This document shows positions 20,188 through 29,298 of a stretch of 64,000 nucleotides of DNA, in pieces; positions within the stretch are counted from its first letter, which is position 1; every line of letters starts with the position of its first letter. This DNA comes from Bacillota bacterium. Its GTDB lineage: Bacteria > Bacillota > DTU025. The notes below the pieces were generated by a model. That model made no database searches. It was not told where the DNA came from and saw nothing but the letters and a program-made list of their open reading frames with translations. Position numbers and translations under genes: made by a program. The DNA lies in contig JBMNJT010000008.1 of NCBI GenBank assembly GCA_050951805.1, positions 480,001 through 544,000 on the forward strand, written 5' to 3'.

Positions 20188-21440
20188 GTGGAGATAATCG
20201 CAGATTCACGGATTAGGTAAGACATTTGCTGCGAAGCAGAAAGAGCCGGGAATTGCGGGAAGTGTGAAGGCCGTTTTATCCCCGCGTTTCAAGGACGTTG
20301 AAGCGGTTAGGAACGTGTCGTTCTCAATCGATGAGGGAGAGGCAATTGCATTTATAGGGGCCAATGGCGCAGGAAAGTCAACAAAGGTGTTGCTTCATCC
20401 CACAACTGGAGAGGCGGTCGTTCTGGGGATAGTCCCGTGGCGCGATAGGCAACAGATTTAAAGAAGGATCGGCACAGTCTTTAGACAGAGGTATCAGCTT
20501 TAGTATCATCTCCTGCCCCGCGATAGCTTTGATCTTCTGCTGGTATCCACGATATGTCGCAAGGCGTTTTTCGTGCGCGTATGGGGATGCTTGCGGACAT
20601 ATTCGAGCTGGGCGAAGTGATGTCGACTCCGCTTCTTTCTGGATGAACTCACCATAGGCTTGGATGTGGTGGCCGAAAGTGATCCGCGTTATGAACCGCG
20701 AGGAAGGCGTGACTGTATTCCTCACTTCCCACGATGTCGGCGACATGGAGAGACTGTGTTGCTCGGGGTACACGGTTGTGACCGAAGAGATCATGCTGGC
20801 AAGATCCAGGATGGTGAAGGCCCGTTCCATTGCGTACTTGACAGGCAGGCCTTGCCACTACGTCTTGCTCAAGCTCTCACCCTTTGCCTACGTGCGCGCC
20901 AGTGCGGCTTTTCTAAGAGGTACGACGCCTTATTACTCCTACGAGTTGGTGGAGCCCAGGTCGGGTGGGTCGGCGTTATGGCTGTGCTCACTTTCATCCT
21001 TTACGGCTTGGGGGTGAAGCGGAACAATGTCAATAGAGGCTAGGACTGCTCCGCGAAAGGCGAGGGGGAGTGGTTGGGACGGCTAGTCTCATGAGGCGGC
21101 AAGTCTTGCAGCGGCGGCTGTTTACGCCAGCTTTGCAACTTTCGCTGGCAGCCTCGCTTTTTTTTATATGAAATGCCCAGACTGTCAGCGTCCAGATGCC
21201 CCAGGCAATGATCACCTTCTCCGGATACCCTGGGTCACTGTTTGAAGTCGCTGTCCGGACATTGTGATAACCAGTAGGCTTTTTGCATACGTCCCCGTTG
21301 AGCTTCTCGGCAATTTGAGTTGGCCGCTTCTTGCGGGACTGATTGCCTTTGCAGCGGGCAGCGCTGTAGCAGCAAAGGTATTGTTTCAAACAGGACTGCG
21401 CCGCTACGAGTCAGGCAATCTGATGTCGATTAGGTCATGA
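20188..21440 (+). pseudogene. Eroded ABC-2 exporter operon (ATPase plus two DUF990-type permease remnants)
   Basis: Fragments in shifting frames: GLGKTF...AVRNVSFSIDEGE..FIGANGAGKST, FLDELTIGLDVVA, VTVFLTSHDVGDMERLC, permease C-termini LYGLGVKRNNVNRG* and GLRRYESGNLMSIRS*; many stops and deletions. Confidence 0.8.
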
Positions 21441-21573
21441 CTTCCGTTGGGGGTACTGTTGCCTCGTTCGCCTGTGCGCAAGTCGGCCGCGCCTTTTGAA
21501 TGGACGTCATGACCTGCCAGTATCATTTTGCTCGGGCTATGGCTACCTACCGACTTGGTTGAATCACAGGGCC

Positions 21574-22800
21574 TTATCCCAAGGCGTCTTTCGCCAGGCC
21601 TGCAACCAAGGCGAGGGCTTCGGGAATTCCGTCAGGGTTTTTCCCGCCGCCCTGAGCATAAGCAGGTGAGCCGCCACCTTTGCCATCTATGGCAGGGAGT
21701 GCTTGTTGGAGAAGCTCCGACATGTCGAGGGGGATGTCGTTTGACCTGGCGAAGACCAAATTGGCTGACTCCCCATTGACACAGCCCAAGAAGGCGGCGA
21801 CTTTCGGCTTGCAGGAGATCTTCTGCGCTACCGCCCGGACGGATTCAATGTCCTGTCTCTGGCTCATGAGCGCGATCACTCTCACGCCAGATGGGTTCAG
21901 AGGCACGGCGGCGGAGTATATCTCTTCCGCTTCATAGTCGCGGAGCCTATCTAGGGCCTCTTCTAGACCTCGTCGCCCTTGGCGGATCTGGTTTTGGAGG
22001 CGGAGCATCGCCTCTGGCAGTTCTTTTCCGTGAATTGAAAGCTGAGATGCGGCGAGGTGCACCACATCATTTTTCCAACGGTAGTCGGCCAGGGCTCTCC
22101 GGCCGCAGACGAACTCGACACGGGTAACGCTTCGAATGCGTTCGATGCCGATTATCTTTATCAGACCGACCTCGCCGGTGGCCCGGACGTGCGTGCCGCA
22201 ACACGCATTGATATCAAAACCGTCGATCTCGACGAGTCGAATGTTCTCGGCGTTATTGGGAAGTTTGCGGAGGTATGATTCATCTACATCGCAGGGCTTT
22301 CGGAACGTGGTCGTGACTGGCCTGTTTTGGAACACCACCTCGCATGCGAGCATTTCAGCTGCAGCCGCCTGATCATTGCTGATTTCGCATATGGGAAGGT
22401 CTATAGTTGCGGTCTCGTCGCCGAGGTGAAATCCGACGGTATCGAGGCCAAACAGGTTGGCGAATGCTGCCGAGAGAATGTGCTGGCCTGTATGTTGCTG
22501 CATGTGATCGAACCTGCGCTCGATGTCCACTCGCCCGTCTGCGAGGCCGAGTGGTACTGATCCAACTGTGAGGTGAATTATCTCTCCGTCCCGCTCTACT
22601 ACATCGACTACGTCGGCGCCGGCCAGGATCCCGCGGTCTGAAGGTTGTCCGCCGGAGTTGGGGTAGAATGCGGTGACGTCGGTGACTGCCTCATACAGAG
22701 GGGTGGGGGAGGAATTGCGAGTTGAGGGCTCGCAGCGGAGGATATTGCATTGGAAATCGCTAAGATAAGGATCATCATAGTATAACCTTGTTGTAGGCAC
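21574..22800 (-). CDS. Alanyl-tRNA editing protein (AlaX-like with C-terminal DHHA1 domain)
   Basis: TRLYYDDPY, HMQQHTGQHILS, ACCGTHV zinc-editing motifs, C-terminal GKGGGS...AQGGG; GTG 22800 after GAGGAGG. Confidence 0.88.
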   Translation of the reverse strand: MPTTRLYYDDPYLSDFQCNILRCEPSTRNSSPTPLYEAVTDVTAFYPNSGGQPSDRGILAGADVVDVVERDGEIIHLTVGSVPLGLADGRVDIERRFDHMQQHTGQHILSAAFANLFGLDTVGFHLGDETATIDLPICEISNDQAAAAEMLACEVVFQNRPVTTTFRKPCDVDESYLRKLPNNAENIRLVEIDGFDINACCGTHVRATGEVGLIKIIGIERIRSVTRVEFVCGRRALADYRWKNDVVHLAASQLSIHGKELPEAMLRLQNQIRQGRRGLEEALDRLRDYEAEEIYSAAVPLNPSGVRVIALMSQRQDIESVRAVAQKISCKPKVAAFLGCVNGESANLVFARSNDIPLDMSELLQQALPAIDGKGGGSPAYAQGGGKNPDGIPEALALVAGLAKDALG

Positions 22801-22893
22801 CTGAAGAATTCGCCTCCTCAAGCTCTGATGAGCTCCGGTTGCAGATGATTACTTCTACTGCCGAGCTCGATTCCCTTTTATCTGGTCGAAGGA

Positions 22894-23580
22894 GTGGTGA
22901 TGATGGCACGTGAGTATCTTGCCCTTCGGGATGAGGGCCGAGCGGAGCTAATCGTAAAAAAAAGCAGGTTCATCGCTACGGCACGTCCTGTGGACAGCGA
23001 GGACGCGGCCCGAGACTTTATAGATTCGATCCGTAAGGAGTTTTGGGATGCTACTCACAATGTATACGCCTTTACTGTCGGAGAGAACGACGAGGTGGTT
23101 CGGTCGAGCGATGATGGCGAGCCTGCCGGAACGGCCGGGAGGCCCGTGTTGGAGGTCATCCGGCGAGAGAAGATAAAGTACTGCGCAGTCGTTGTAACCC
23201 GCTATTTCGGCGGCACGCTTCTCGGGGCGGGCGGGCTTGTGAGGGCTTATTCGTCCGCCGCTAGGGATGGGTTGCATGCAGCCGGCATCGTAAGGGTCAG
23301 GCTTTTACAGAAGGTTCGGTTCGTCATAGACTACGTGGCTTTGGGCAGAGTCCAGAATTACTTGGCGGAAGCCGGGTATGAGATGGATGATGTGGAATAT
23401 GCGGATCGGGTTGCGATGACGGTTATGGTTCCGTCGTCGGAACTGGATCTGTTTGAAGCTAGGATGATGGACTTGCTTGCGGGCGACTTCAACCCTGAGG
23501 TGGGGGAGGAGGTCGTAGGGTTTGCTGATGTGAAGGAGGGAGAGGGTTTGGGCGGGGAGGACGGGACGGGAGAAGAGTAG
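22894..23580 (+). CDS. YigZ/IMPACT family protein
   Basis: KKSRFI, DATHNVYA, SDDGEPAGTAGRP and VTRYFGGTLLGAGGLVRAY. Confidence 0.93.
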   Translation: MVMMAREYLALRDEGRAELIVKKSRFIATARPVDSEDAARDFIDSIRKEFWDATHNVYAFTVGENDEVVRSSDDGEPAGTAGRPVLEVIRREKIKYCAVVVTRYFGGTLLGAGGLVRAYSSAARDGLHAAGIVRVRLLQKVRFVIDYVALGRVQNYLAEAGYEMDDVEYADRVAMTVMVPSSELDLFEARMMDLLAGDFNPEVGEEVVGFADVKEGEGLGGEDGTGEE

Positions 23581-23974
23581 TGGAGTAATGTGGATCGGGA
23601 TGAGGGTGAGGATGGGGACGGAAGCGCCGTTTTGGCCACGCCGCAGGCCTACCGGGAAAAGCTGCAAGACATGTGGCTGAGCAGCTGTGCATGGGGTTGG
23701 ACGCAGCTGCATGCTCGTTTCTCTTCACGTTCTTAGTGCGGAATGCCCAATATGGGTTATTCGATCATCCTCAAATCCTCGCCCTTAGCATTGGGCTGTG
23801 GCCTCAGGCGGCGGAAGTAGCTCAGGGCTTTCCATTACGCTGCTTCGTTTTCATGCAGCATGCGTCGAATGTCGTGATAAGCTCTTGCGCGATCCTCGAG
23901 TCCGTATTACCTGCAGTTCAGACTTTGGCCGCCTAATCTATAAGACGCTTCTCGCAAGTTACTCAGCTTGCCTA

Positions 23975-26900
23975 CTAGCGGTTGCATTTCTCCCCGAGAC
24001 TTTCTATGGACTTAGCTATGACTGAAACCCCATTGCCCCGGCGCGAGATCGTTCCCGTGACGATTAGTGCAGGGCTTTTGAATATTGCGGCGCCTTGCCT
24101 CTGGTATACATCATCAAAGACTGTGACATCTGTGAGCCCGTATTCATCTTCGAGCGAGAGGAAGACAACGGTTTTGCCGCTTTTCGTAGGTGGCCTGTGC
24201 GGGCGGACTACAAGCCCTGCCACGCGCACGATTTGCCCTTGATCTGCTGATGAGATCTTGCGCGAATCCCAAACCCCTTCGCGCATGAGCGCAGGGCGGA
24301 AGAACTCCATGGCATGGCGGGATGCGCAAAAGCCGAGTACCGATGTTTCATGCTTGAACTTCTCCCAATCGGAGAAATCAGGGAGATTGACAACTGAATA
24401 GCCTGAGTAGGCCTGAGGGGCGGCAGGTAGCCGGAAGGCGTCAGAGACGTCGGAAGAATGGTATGGGCTGGGGATCGCCTTGCGCACTTCGGCGCTGGTT
24501 TGTTTGATGTCCAGCAGACTTGCTTGCCCGGAAGTCTTCTTGGCATCTATGGCTGTGCGATGGGAGGCAGCGACTTCCGCAAGGCGACCGAGGTTCCAAA
24601 AGAGGGCTTTGCGATTCGGGTCAGTCGAATCGAAGGCTCCGGCAAGAACCAGATTTTCGACGACGGTCTTGTTTGCCTTGATTCGGCATAGGAAATCCAG
24701 GGCTGACATGAATGGCCCGTCATCCTGACGAGCATGTAGGATCTCATGGATCAGGTCGGAGGAGATGCCGGATACCTGCATGAACCCTACCCGCAAAGCT
24801 GTGCCTTCCACAGAATACTTCTCCTTACTGTGGTTTATATCAAGGGGAAGCGCTTCTACCCCGCGTCGCTTTGCTTCTACCAACAGGGTTCGGGCAGGAT
24901 AGAAGCCCATTGGCTGTGCGCTGAGAAGTGCAGCGTAAAATTCGGATGGGTAGTGGCGCGCAAGGTATGCGGTTTTGTAAGCAGTGTCGGCGAAGGCTGC
25001 GGCGTGCGCCTCGCAGAAACCATAGCCTGCGTAACCTACTATGTAAGAGAATATCGTCTCAGCTACATCAGGTGAGACTCCATTTGCAACGGCTTTCGCC
25101 ACAAAGTTGCGGCCTATATCCTCCATTTCCCTCATGGAACGGAAATGCGTCATTGCTTTCCGGAGCCTGTCGGCTTCGCCGGGGGTGAAACCGGCTATCG
25201 TTGTGGCGATCTCGATCACCTGCTCCTGATAGAGGACTACCCCGTAAGTCTTCTTCAGAATTGGTTCAAGTTTGGGGTGGATGTAGGCGATTTCCTCGGC
25301 GCCGCTGCGCCGCGCGATGAATGGTTCTACCATGTTGCCTTGGATAGGGCCTGGGCGGATAAGGGCGACGCTGGCTACTATGTCTTCTATGTTGTCGGCT
25401 CCAAGTCGTGTCTGGAGCGCGCGCTGAGCGGGGCTTTCCAGTTGGAATAGGCCGATGGTTTCACCGCTGTTCAGCATCTTGTAAGTGTCATCGTCATCCA
25501 ATGGGATGCCGTTGTAGTCGAAGTCGTCATGCCCCTTACCAGAAGCTCTCACCATGTCGACAGTGTGCTCTACAGCGGAGAGGGTGCGCAGGGAGAGAAT
25601 GTCTAGCTTGATAAGGCCGAGATCTTCTATGGCGTTCTTATCGAACTGCGTTATAGCTACGCCTTTGGCTGACATCTGAAGCGGCGTGACGCACGTGAGC
25701 GGTTGGTCGGAAATCACAAGGCCGCCCAGGTGGGTGCCGATGTGCCGCGGGAAGCCTGCAACTGATTCGCATAGTTCAAACAGGAGCTCGTACTGCCACT
25801 TTGGTATCTCTTCACTGCGTGCCTCAGGATAGCGCTGGAGGGCACTGCGCACGGCATCGGCAGGTACATGGGGGAGGACATTGGCGATCCTATCGATGTC
25901 GTTTGGGGGAAATCCTAGGGCTTTGCCGAAGTCGCGTACGGCCGATCGGGCCTGGAATGTGTTGAACGTGCAGACCGATGCAACATGGCTGTCGCCGTAT
26001 TTACGGTATATGTAATCAGCCACGTCATCACGTCTTTCGGACTCGAAATCGATGTCGATGTCGGGCTTTTGGGCGCGCTCCAGGCTCATGAATCTTTCAA
26101 AGAGGAGGCCTCGGGCTATGGAGTCGACGTTCGTCAGCTTCAGGCAGTATGCGACGGCTGAGTCAGCCGCAGATCCGCGCCCTGCATAACGGATTCCTTG
26201 CGATTGGGCCCACTGCGCGATATCCCACACCACGAGGAAGTAGTCTTCGAACCCGAGGGCGGTGATTATGCTAAGCTCATGACTTAGGCGGTTTTCAATC
26301 ACAGGAGTGATCTTTCCATACTGGGCTATTGCGCCTTCCCGTGTGAGGCGCACGAGGTATTCGGCTGATGAGAGGCCTTTCGGCGTCTGATACTTCGGGA
26401 AAAGGCGCAGCGATAAATCGAGCCCGGGTGAGCATTTGTCAGCGATCTCATTGGTGTTTGCCAGTGCTTCGGGATATTTAGCGAAAAGCTCGGACATTTC
26501 ATCAGCTGATTTCAGATAGTTCTCCGCGTTTATCCGGCGCTCTGGATGTATGTCATCTAGGGTGGTGAGCGTCCGTACGCATGTAAGGGCGTCATGCACT
26601 TCAAAACGAGGTTTGTTGGCGTAATGGACATTGTTTGTGGCGACTGTTCCCACTCCGATCTCTTGCGCAAGCTCTGCCAAGGCGGCATTGAGGGATAATG
26701 CTCTAGGTGTCAGGGAATGTTCAAGTTCGATATAGAAGTTCTCCTTGCCGAATATGGAGGTTAGGTTTTCTGCTGTGTCTTTGGCGTCCTCAAACCTGCT
26801 GGATGTGACAAGGGATGGAATCTTGCCCCGGCGGTTGCATCCTGACAGAGCCATTACGCCTTCAGTATACTTTGTCAAGGTCTCCATGTTGGTTCTTGGC

Positions 26901-27232
26901 TCGCGGCGGGGGGAGGACATATGTGCCTCAGTGAGCATGCGACATATGTTGGCATAACCCTCGGGGTTTTGGGCCAGAAGAGTCAGATGCGAGCCATCTG
27001 ACATGGAAACCTCGACTCCATGTATAGGCTTTATCCCGTATTTTGCAGCGGCTTTCGATAACTCTACTGCTGCGCTTACATTGTTATGATCGGTTATGGC
27101 TATTGCAGACATACCGCACTCTGCGGCGCGAGCCACTAGTGTGCTGCAAGTATCGGCTCCGTCCAGAAAGGAGTATTGCGAGTGAACGTGTAGATGGACG
27201 AAGGGTTGCACGGGTATTGCCTCCATAGTCAA
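23975..27232 (-). CDS. dnaE2: Second DNA polymerase III alpha subunit (DnaE2-like, probably damage-inducible)
   Basis: PHP start FVHLHVHSQYSFLDG, GRGSAA, catalytic PDIDIDF and KLDILSL, C-terminal OB fold; last gene of a LexA-box-preceded cassette with an inactive Y-family gene. Confidence 0.88.
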   Translation of the reverse strand: MTMEAIPVQPFVHLHVHSQYSFLDGADTCSTLVARAAECGMSAIAITDHNNVSAAVELSKAAAKYGIKPIHGVEVSMSDGSHLTLLAQNPEGYANICRMLTEAHMSSPRREPRTNMETLTKYTEGVMALSGCNRRGKIPSLVTSSRFEDAKDTAENLTSIFGKENFYIELEHSLTPRALSLNAALAELAQEIGVGTVATNNVHYANKPRFEVHDALTCVRTLTTLDDIHPERRINAENYLKSADEMSELFAKYPEALANTNEIADKCSPGLDLSLRLFPKYQTPKGLSSAEYLVRLTREGAIAQYGKITPVIENRLSHELSIITALGFEDYFLVVWDIAQWAQSQGIRYAGRGSAADSAVAYCLKLTNVDSIARGLLFERFMSLERAQKPDIDIDFESERRDDVADYIYRKYGDSHVASVCTFNTFQARSAVRDFGKALGFPPNDIDRIANVLPHVPADAVRSALQRYPEARSEEIPKWQYELLFELCESVAGFPRHIGTHLGGLVISDQPLTCVTPLQMSAKGVAITQFDKNAIEDLGLIKLDILSLRTLSAVEHTVDMVRASGKGHDDFDYNGIPLDDDDTYKMLNSGETIGLFQLESPAQRALQTRLGADNIEDIVASVALIRPGPIQGNMVEPFIARRSGAEEIAYIHPKLEPILKKTYGVVLYQEQVIEIATTIAGFTPGEADRLRKAMTHFRSMREMEDIGRNFVAKAVANGVSPDVAETIFSYIVGYAGYGFCEAHAAAFADTAYKTAYLARHYPSEFYAALLSAQPMGFYPARTLLVEAKRRGVEALPLDINHSKEKYSVEGTALRVGFMQVSGISSDLIHEILHARQDDGPFMSALDFLCRIKANKTVVENLVLAGAFDSTDPNRKALFWNLGRLAEVAASHRTAIDAKKTSGQASLLDIKQTSAEVRKAIPSPYHSSDVSDAFRLPAAPQAYSGYSVVNLPDFSDWEKFKHETSVLGFCASRHAMEFFRPALMREGVWDSRKISSADQGQIVRVAGLVVRPHRPPTKSGKTVVFLSLEDEYGLTDVTVFDDVYQRQGAAIFKSPALIVTGTISRRGNGVSVIAKSIESLGEKCNR

Positions 27233-27284
27233 AGATGTGATGGATCTTCTCGGCGGTCTACTCCCGATCGCAACAGCGAGGAGG

Positions 27285-27530
27285 CTAATCTAGCACTCGT
27301 GAAAGCACCCACTGGCCGGGCGCTTCGCGGCATAGCTCGTAACATCCGCCTGATGCCAAAGAGACAAGATAGTAATTCTTTTCTTCCTCGCCGTCCCACC
27401 ATTCTCCCGATTCCCGCCAGGAGTCGACTATGCCGGTCACCCGGTTCCACCTGTTAGACCAGTAAAACTGGGCGGGCGCACCATTTTGAGCCTCAATCAC
27501 ACGAACTTGCGCCCATATGCGTTTACTCAT
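27285..27530 (-). CDS. Small Trp-rich protein (DUF6504-like)
   Basis: PAQFYW...VTGIVDSWRESGEWW...YYLV...YEL...WVLSRVLD pattern; between the two polymerase genes. Confidence 0.72.
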   Translation of the reverse strand: MSKRIWAQVRVIEAQNGAPAQFYWSNRWNRVTGIVDSWRESGEWWDGEEEKNYYLVSLASGGCYELCREAPGQWVLSRVLD

Positions 27531-27618
27531 AAAGCCCCATCACTCCCAGAATATTGCCGTAGACCACTACAGGCTGCCAGATGTGGACACCTATTAAGCG
27601 TACACGTGCATATGGGGT

Positions 27619-28809
27619 TTATAGGAACGATTCTGCAAGCATCCGATCGCGCCTTGATACTACGAGCATGTTTGCGGTGATTACGCTTTCTGCTCCGAAT
27701 CGTTCGCGCACATACTGGAGGGCCCGGTCCATTTGGGCCTTTTCGGGTTCAGTAGATGCCGAACTGAAGATGGAAAGCTGCACCTCTTCGGGAACGACAA
27801 GCCCGCCGACGCGCGCGTTAATGGCTGTGATAGGCATCGAAACCTGGTCTTCGATGATCCGCTCAAGCCCGTGGGCGATCTGGTATGCAGAATCGGTAGG
27901 AGAGCGGAAAGAGCGCCGTCTGTATTTGCCGCTGGTGTAGTCATTGCAATGGCTGCTTGCAAACTCCAGGGAGATCTTTGCCCATGATGCGTTTCTTCCG
28001 GAGTCACGCAGCTTGGAGGCGATCTTGGATGAGCAAACTGCGATGCACTGGACTATGTCGGCCCAGGTCTGCACGGGAGATTCGAACGACATGGAGCACT
28101 CTATGGATTCTTCGGGATATGCGGCCTGAACCCGTGAGTGATCTATCCCGCAGCTGAGCTGATAGGCTATGAGGCCTGCTTCGCCTAACTGCAACGTGAG
28201 TTCAGCCATAGGAACCTTTCGCAGTTGAGCAAGGGTTTTTATGCCGAGCTTTTCAAGGTGCGCCACAACCTGAGACGGGATAGGCCATACAGAGCTCACT
28301 GGGAGCTTATCAAGAAAGCGCTGCTGGGCTTCTGGCGGTATGCACCGGTATGTTCCCGCATTGTGGATCGTAGGCGTTGCAGCTTTTGCTACGAATTTGG
28401 AGCTTGCAAGGCCTATTGATACGATGATGCCTGCCTCATTTTCCGCTCTGTGCACGATGTCGTCGGCGATTGTTCGGGCTGCGCCGCACCCGGTGAAATC
28501 TGCGAAAGCGCCGTCAGGCGCTATGGGTTCAACCAGCGGGGTGTACTCGGCGCAGATGTCCCATATTCCGTTGGCAAGCTCGGAGCATGAATCCTGTTCA
28601 TAGCTTGCGAACACGATCTCGGGACATACCTGCCTTGCATGCCTTCGCGTAGTGCCGGGAGTTACTCCAGTCGCAAGCGCCTGGGGTGACACGCCTATAA
28701 CCGTGTTCTTTTTCGTGACAGCGATGGGCTTGCCGCCAAGAGAAGGTTCGAGCCTGGCATGTGCGGTTGCGTATAAAAAAGGGATATGTATGTAAGCGAT
28801 AGAGCGCAT
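27619..28809 (-). CDS. Catalytically degenerate Y-family DNA polymerase (ImuB-like)
   Basis: DinB fold but IAYIHIPFLYA replaces HIDMDAFYA and EPIAPDGAFAD replaces EPLSIDEAYLD; QLSIF clamp-binding motif; C-terminal RERFG motif. Confidence 0.85.
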   Translation of the reverse strand: MRSIAYIHIPFLYATAHARLEPSLGGKPIAVTKKNTVIGVSPQALATGVTPGTTRRHARQVCPEIVFASYEQDSCSELANGIWDICAEYTPLVEPIAPDGAFADFTGCGAARTIADDIVHRAENEAGIIVSIGLASSKFVAKAATPTIHNAGTYRCIPPEAQQRFLDKLPVSSVWPIPSQVVAHLEKLGIKTLAQLRKVPMAELTLQLGEAGLIAYQLSCGIDHSRVQAAYPEESIECSMSFESPVQTWADIVQCIAVCSSKIASKLRDSGRNASWAKISLEFASSHCNDYTSGKYRRRSFRSPTDSAYQIAHGLERIIEDQVSMPITAINARVGGLVVPEEVQLSIFSSASTEPEKAQMDRALQYVRERFGAESVITANMLVVSRRDRMLAESFL

Positions 28810-28842
28810 TTACGATACGCCTCCGGGTTTATGATCGGCGAT

Positions 28843-28856
28843 AGAACATATGTTCG
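28843..28856 (-). promoter_or_regulatory. LexA (Gram-positive SOS/Cheo) box
   Basis: Minus strand CGAACATATGTTCT matches CGAAC-N4-GTTCG; 34 nt upstream of the imuB-like start and just downstream of the promoter. Confidence 0.88.
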
Positions 28857-28864
28857 GTAGACTC

Positions 28865-28894
28865 ATTATATCCCGGGGACGATTGGAAAGTCAA
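28865..28894 (-). promoter_or_regulatory. SigA-type promoter of the mutagenesis cassette
   Basis: Minus strand TTGACT, 18-nt spacer, TATAAT. Confidence 0.8.
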
Positions 28895-29298
28895 GGAGAC
28901 GGATGGCATAACGCAATTCCGGGAAAATATTGGGCAGCACCGTCGATCAGTCCTGATCGAGTGGGTTGATGATGATATAGGTAGGCCTGCCGAGGGCTCC
29001 TATGAGCACGTGATAACACATGTAGAGCAGTGTTCAAGGCTACGTAAGACGGTACAGCCCATAACTGACTAACAGTTCCACGCGTTCCGAAACCGATTGA
29101 AGACGTTTAAAGAGTGTGCGGACTTTGAAGAATAGAGCCCACCGAAGTATGGCTTGTTGTGCAATCTTGCATTTCGTACACAGGAGTAATCGCGGGAGTG
29201 GAGAATACAGACCTAGATAATAACTGATATGGCGCGGCTCGGGGCTTGCCGCCTTAGCCAAGCTGTGTCAAGATTCTATGGAGGGTGAATTGGAAGCA

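Noticed and set aside
23578-23780. Possible TAG read-through of yigZ into an acidic continuation (WSNVDRDEGEDGDG...)
   Set aside because: The YigZ domains are complete before the stop and the purine-rich low-complexity tract explains the pattern.
29150-29290. Purine riboswitch or sigma-54 promoter upstream of the BMP transporter
   Set aside because: Only a GATATGGC fragment resembles the aptamer and the TTTCTACC core is missing; GG-to-GC spacing is wrong for sigma-54.
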